Source: Methylonatrum kenyense
Lineage (GTDB): Bacteria > Pseudomonadota > Gammaproteobacteria > Nitrococcales > Aquisalimonadaceae
Assembly (NCBI RefSeq): GCF_023195885.1
Contig: NZ_JALPKO010000010.1
Location: forward strand, 4,665-36,664
Direction: 5' to 3'
DNA: 32,000 nt
Positions 31,833-32,000 of this stretch are shown here, piece by piece (the first letter of the stretch is position 1; every line of letters begins with the position of its first letter). Made by a program: the position numbers and the translations under genes. The notes beneath the pieces are model-generated. The model saw only the letters and a list, made by a program, of their open reading frames with translations. It did no database searches and was not told the origin of the DNA.

Positions 31833-32000
31833 TATAATCAGTAGACTGCGTCCGATAGATTACCCTAAATGTTCTGACGAATTTCAGGATAGTTTCCCCA
31901 TTGGGTTGCATTATAATTAAAAAGTTTCGATTTGAAAAAGCGTTGGGGGGTGGTGAGGCACCTCTTGCAGGAAGACATAGATTGTTAGCTAGATGCTGAG

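Overview
This is a high-GC (about 60-65% by eye) chromosome segment that looks gammaproteobacterial (an Na+-NQR operon is present).

Core region, about 1-20.5 kb:
- nqrC (5' end), nqrB and nqrA on the minus strand.
- A CBS-pair protein and a flavin reductase.
- LPS inner-core genes hldD, kdoO-like and kdkA.
- groES-groEL behind a perfect CIRCE operator.
- An orphan wbpM/capD-type dehydratase.
- A lysine-free, extremely acidic lipoprotein.
- A HepT/MntA toxin-antitoxin pair and a small beta-barrel OMP.
- An EPS-type MarR regulator plus RfaH, followed by an exact ops element.
- VapBC and a PQQ-type sugar dehydrogenase.

Repeats: almost every intergenic gap between 5.3 and 23.2 kb holds copies of one REP family (about 28 copies). 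These fall into several stem variants with compensatory changes and assemble into larger composite units.

Accessory region, 20.6-32 kb: a compositionally mosaic, co-directional and translationally coupled cluster.
- A Fom1-like cytidylyltransferase-PEP mutase fusion, phosphonopyruvate decarboxylase and an Fe-alcohol dehydrogenase. Together these predict 2-hydroxyethylphosphonate (HEP) and CMP-HEP.
- A 960-aa protein with a TagF-like N-terminal module and a KpsC/KpsS-like C-terminal module.
- A complete private CMP-Kdo pathway: KdsA, a KdsB-KdsC fusion and KpsF/KdsD.
- An IS1595-type transposase remnant and a very low-GC sulfotransferase-like gene.

The most interesting hypothesis is that this is a phosphonate-plus-Kdo surface-glycan (capsule/EPS-like) system, possibly under RfaH/ops control.

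All functional calls rest on motif-level recognition of the translated ORFs. No database search was run.
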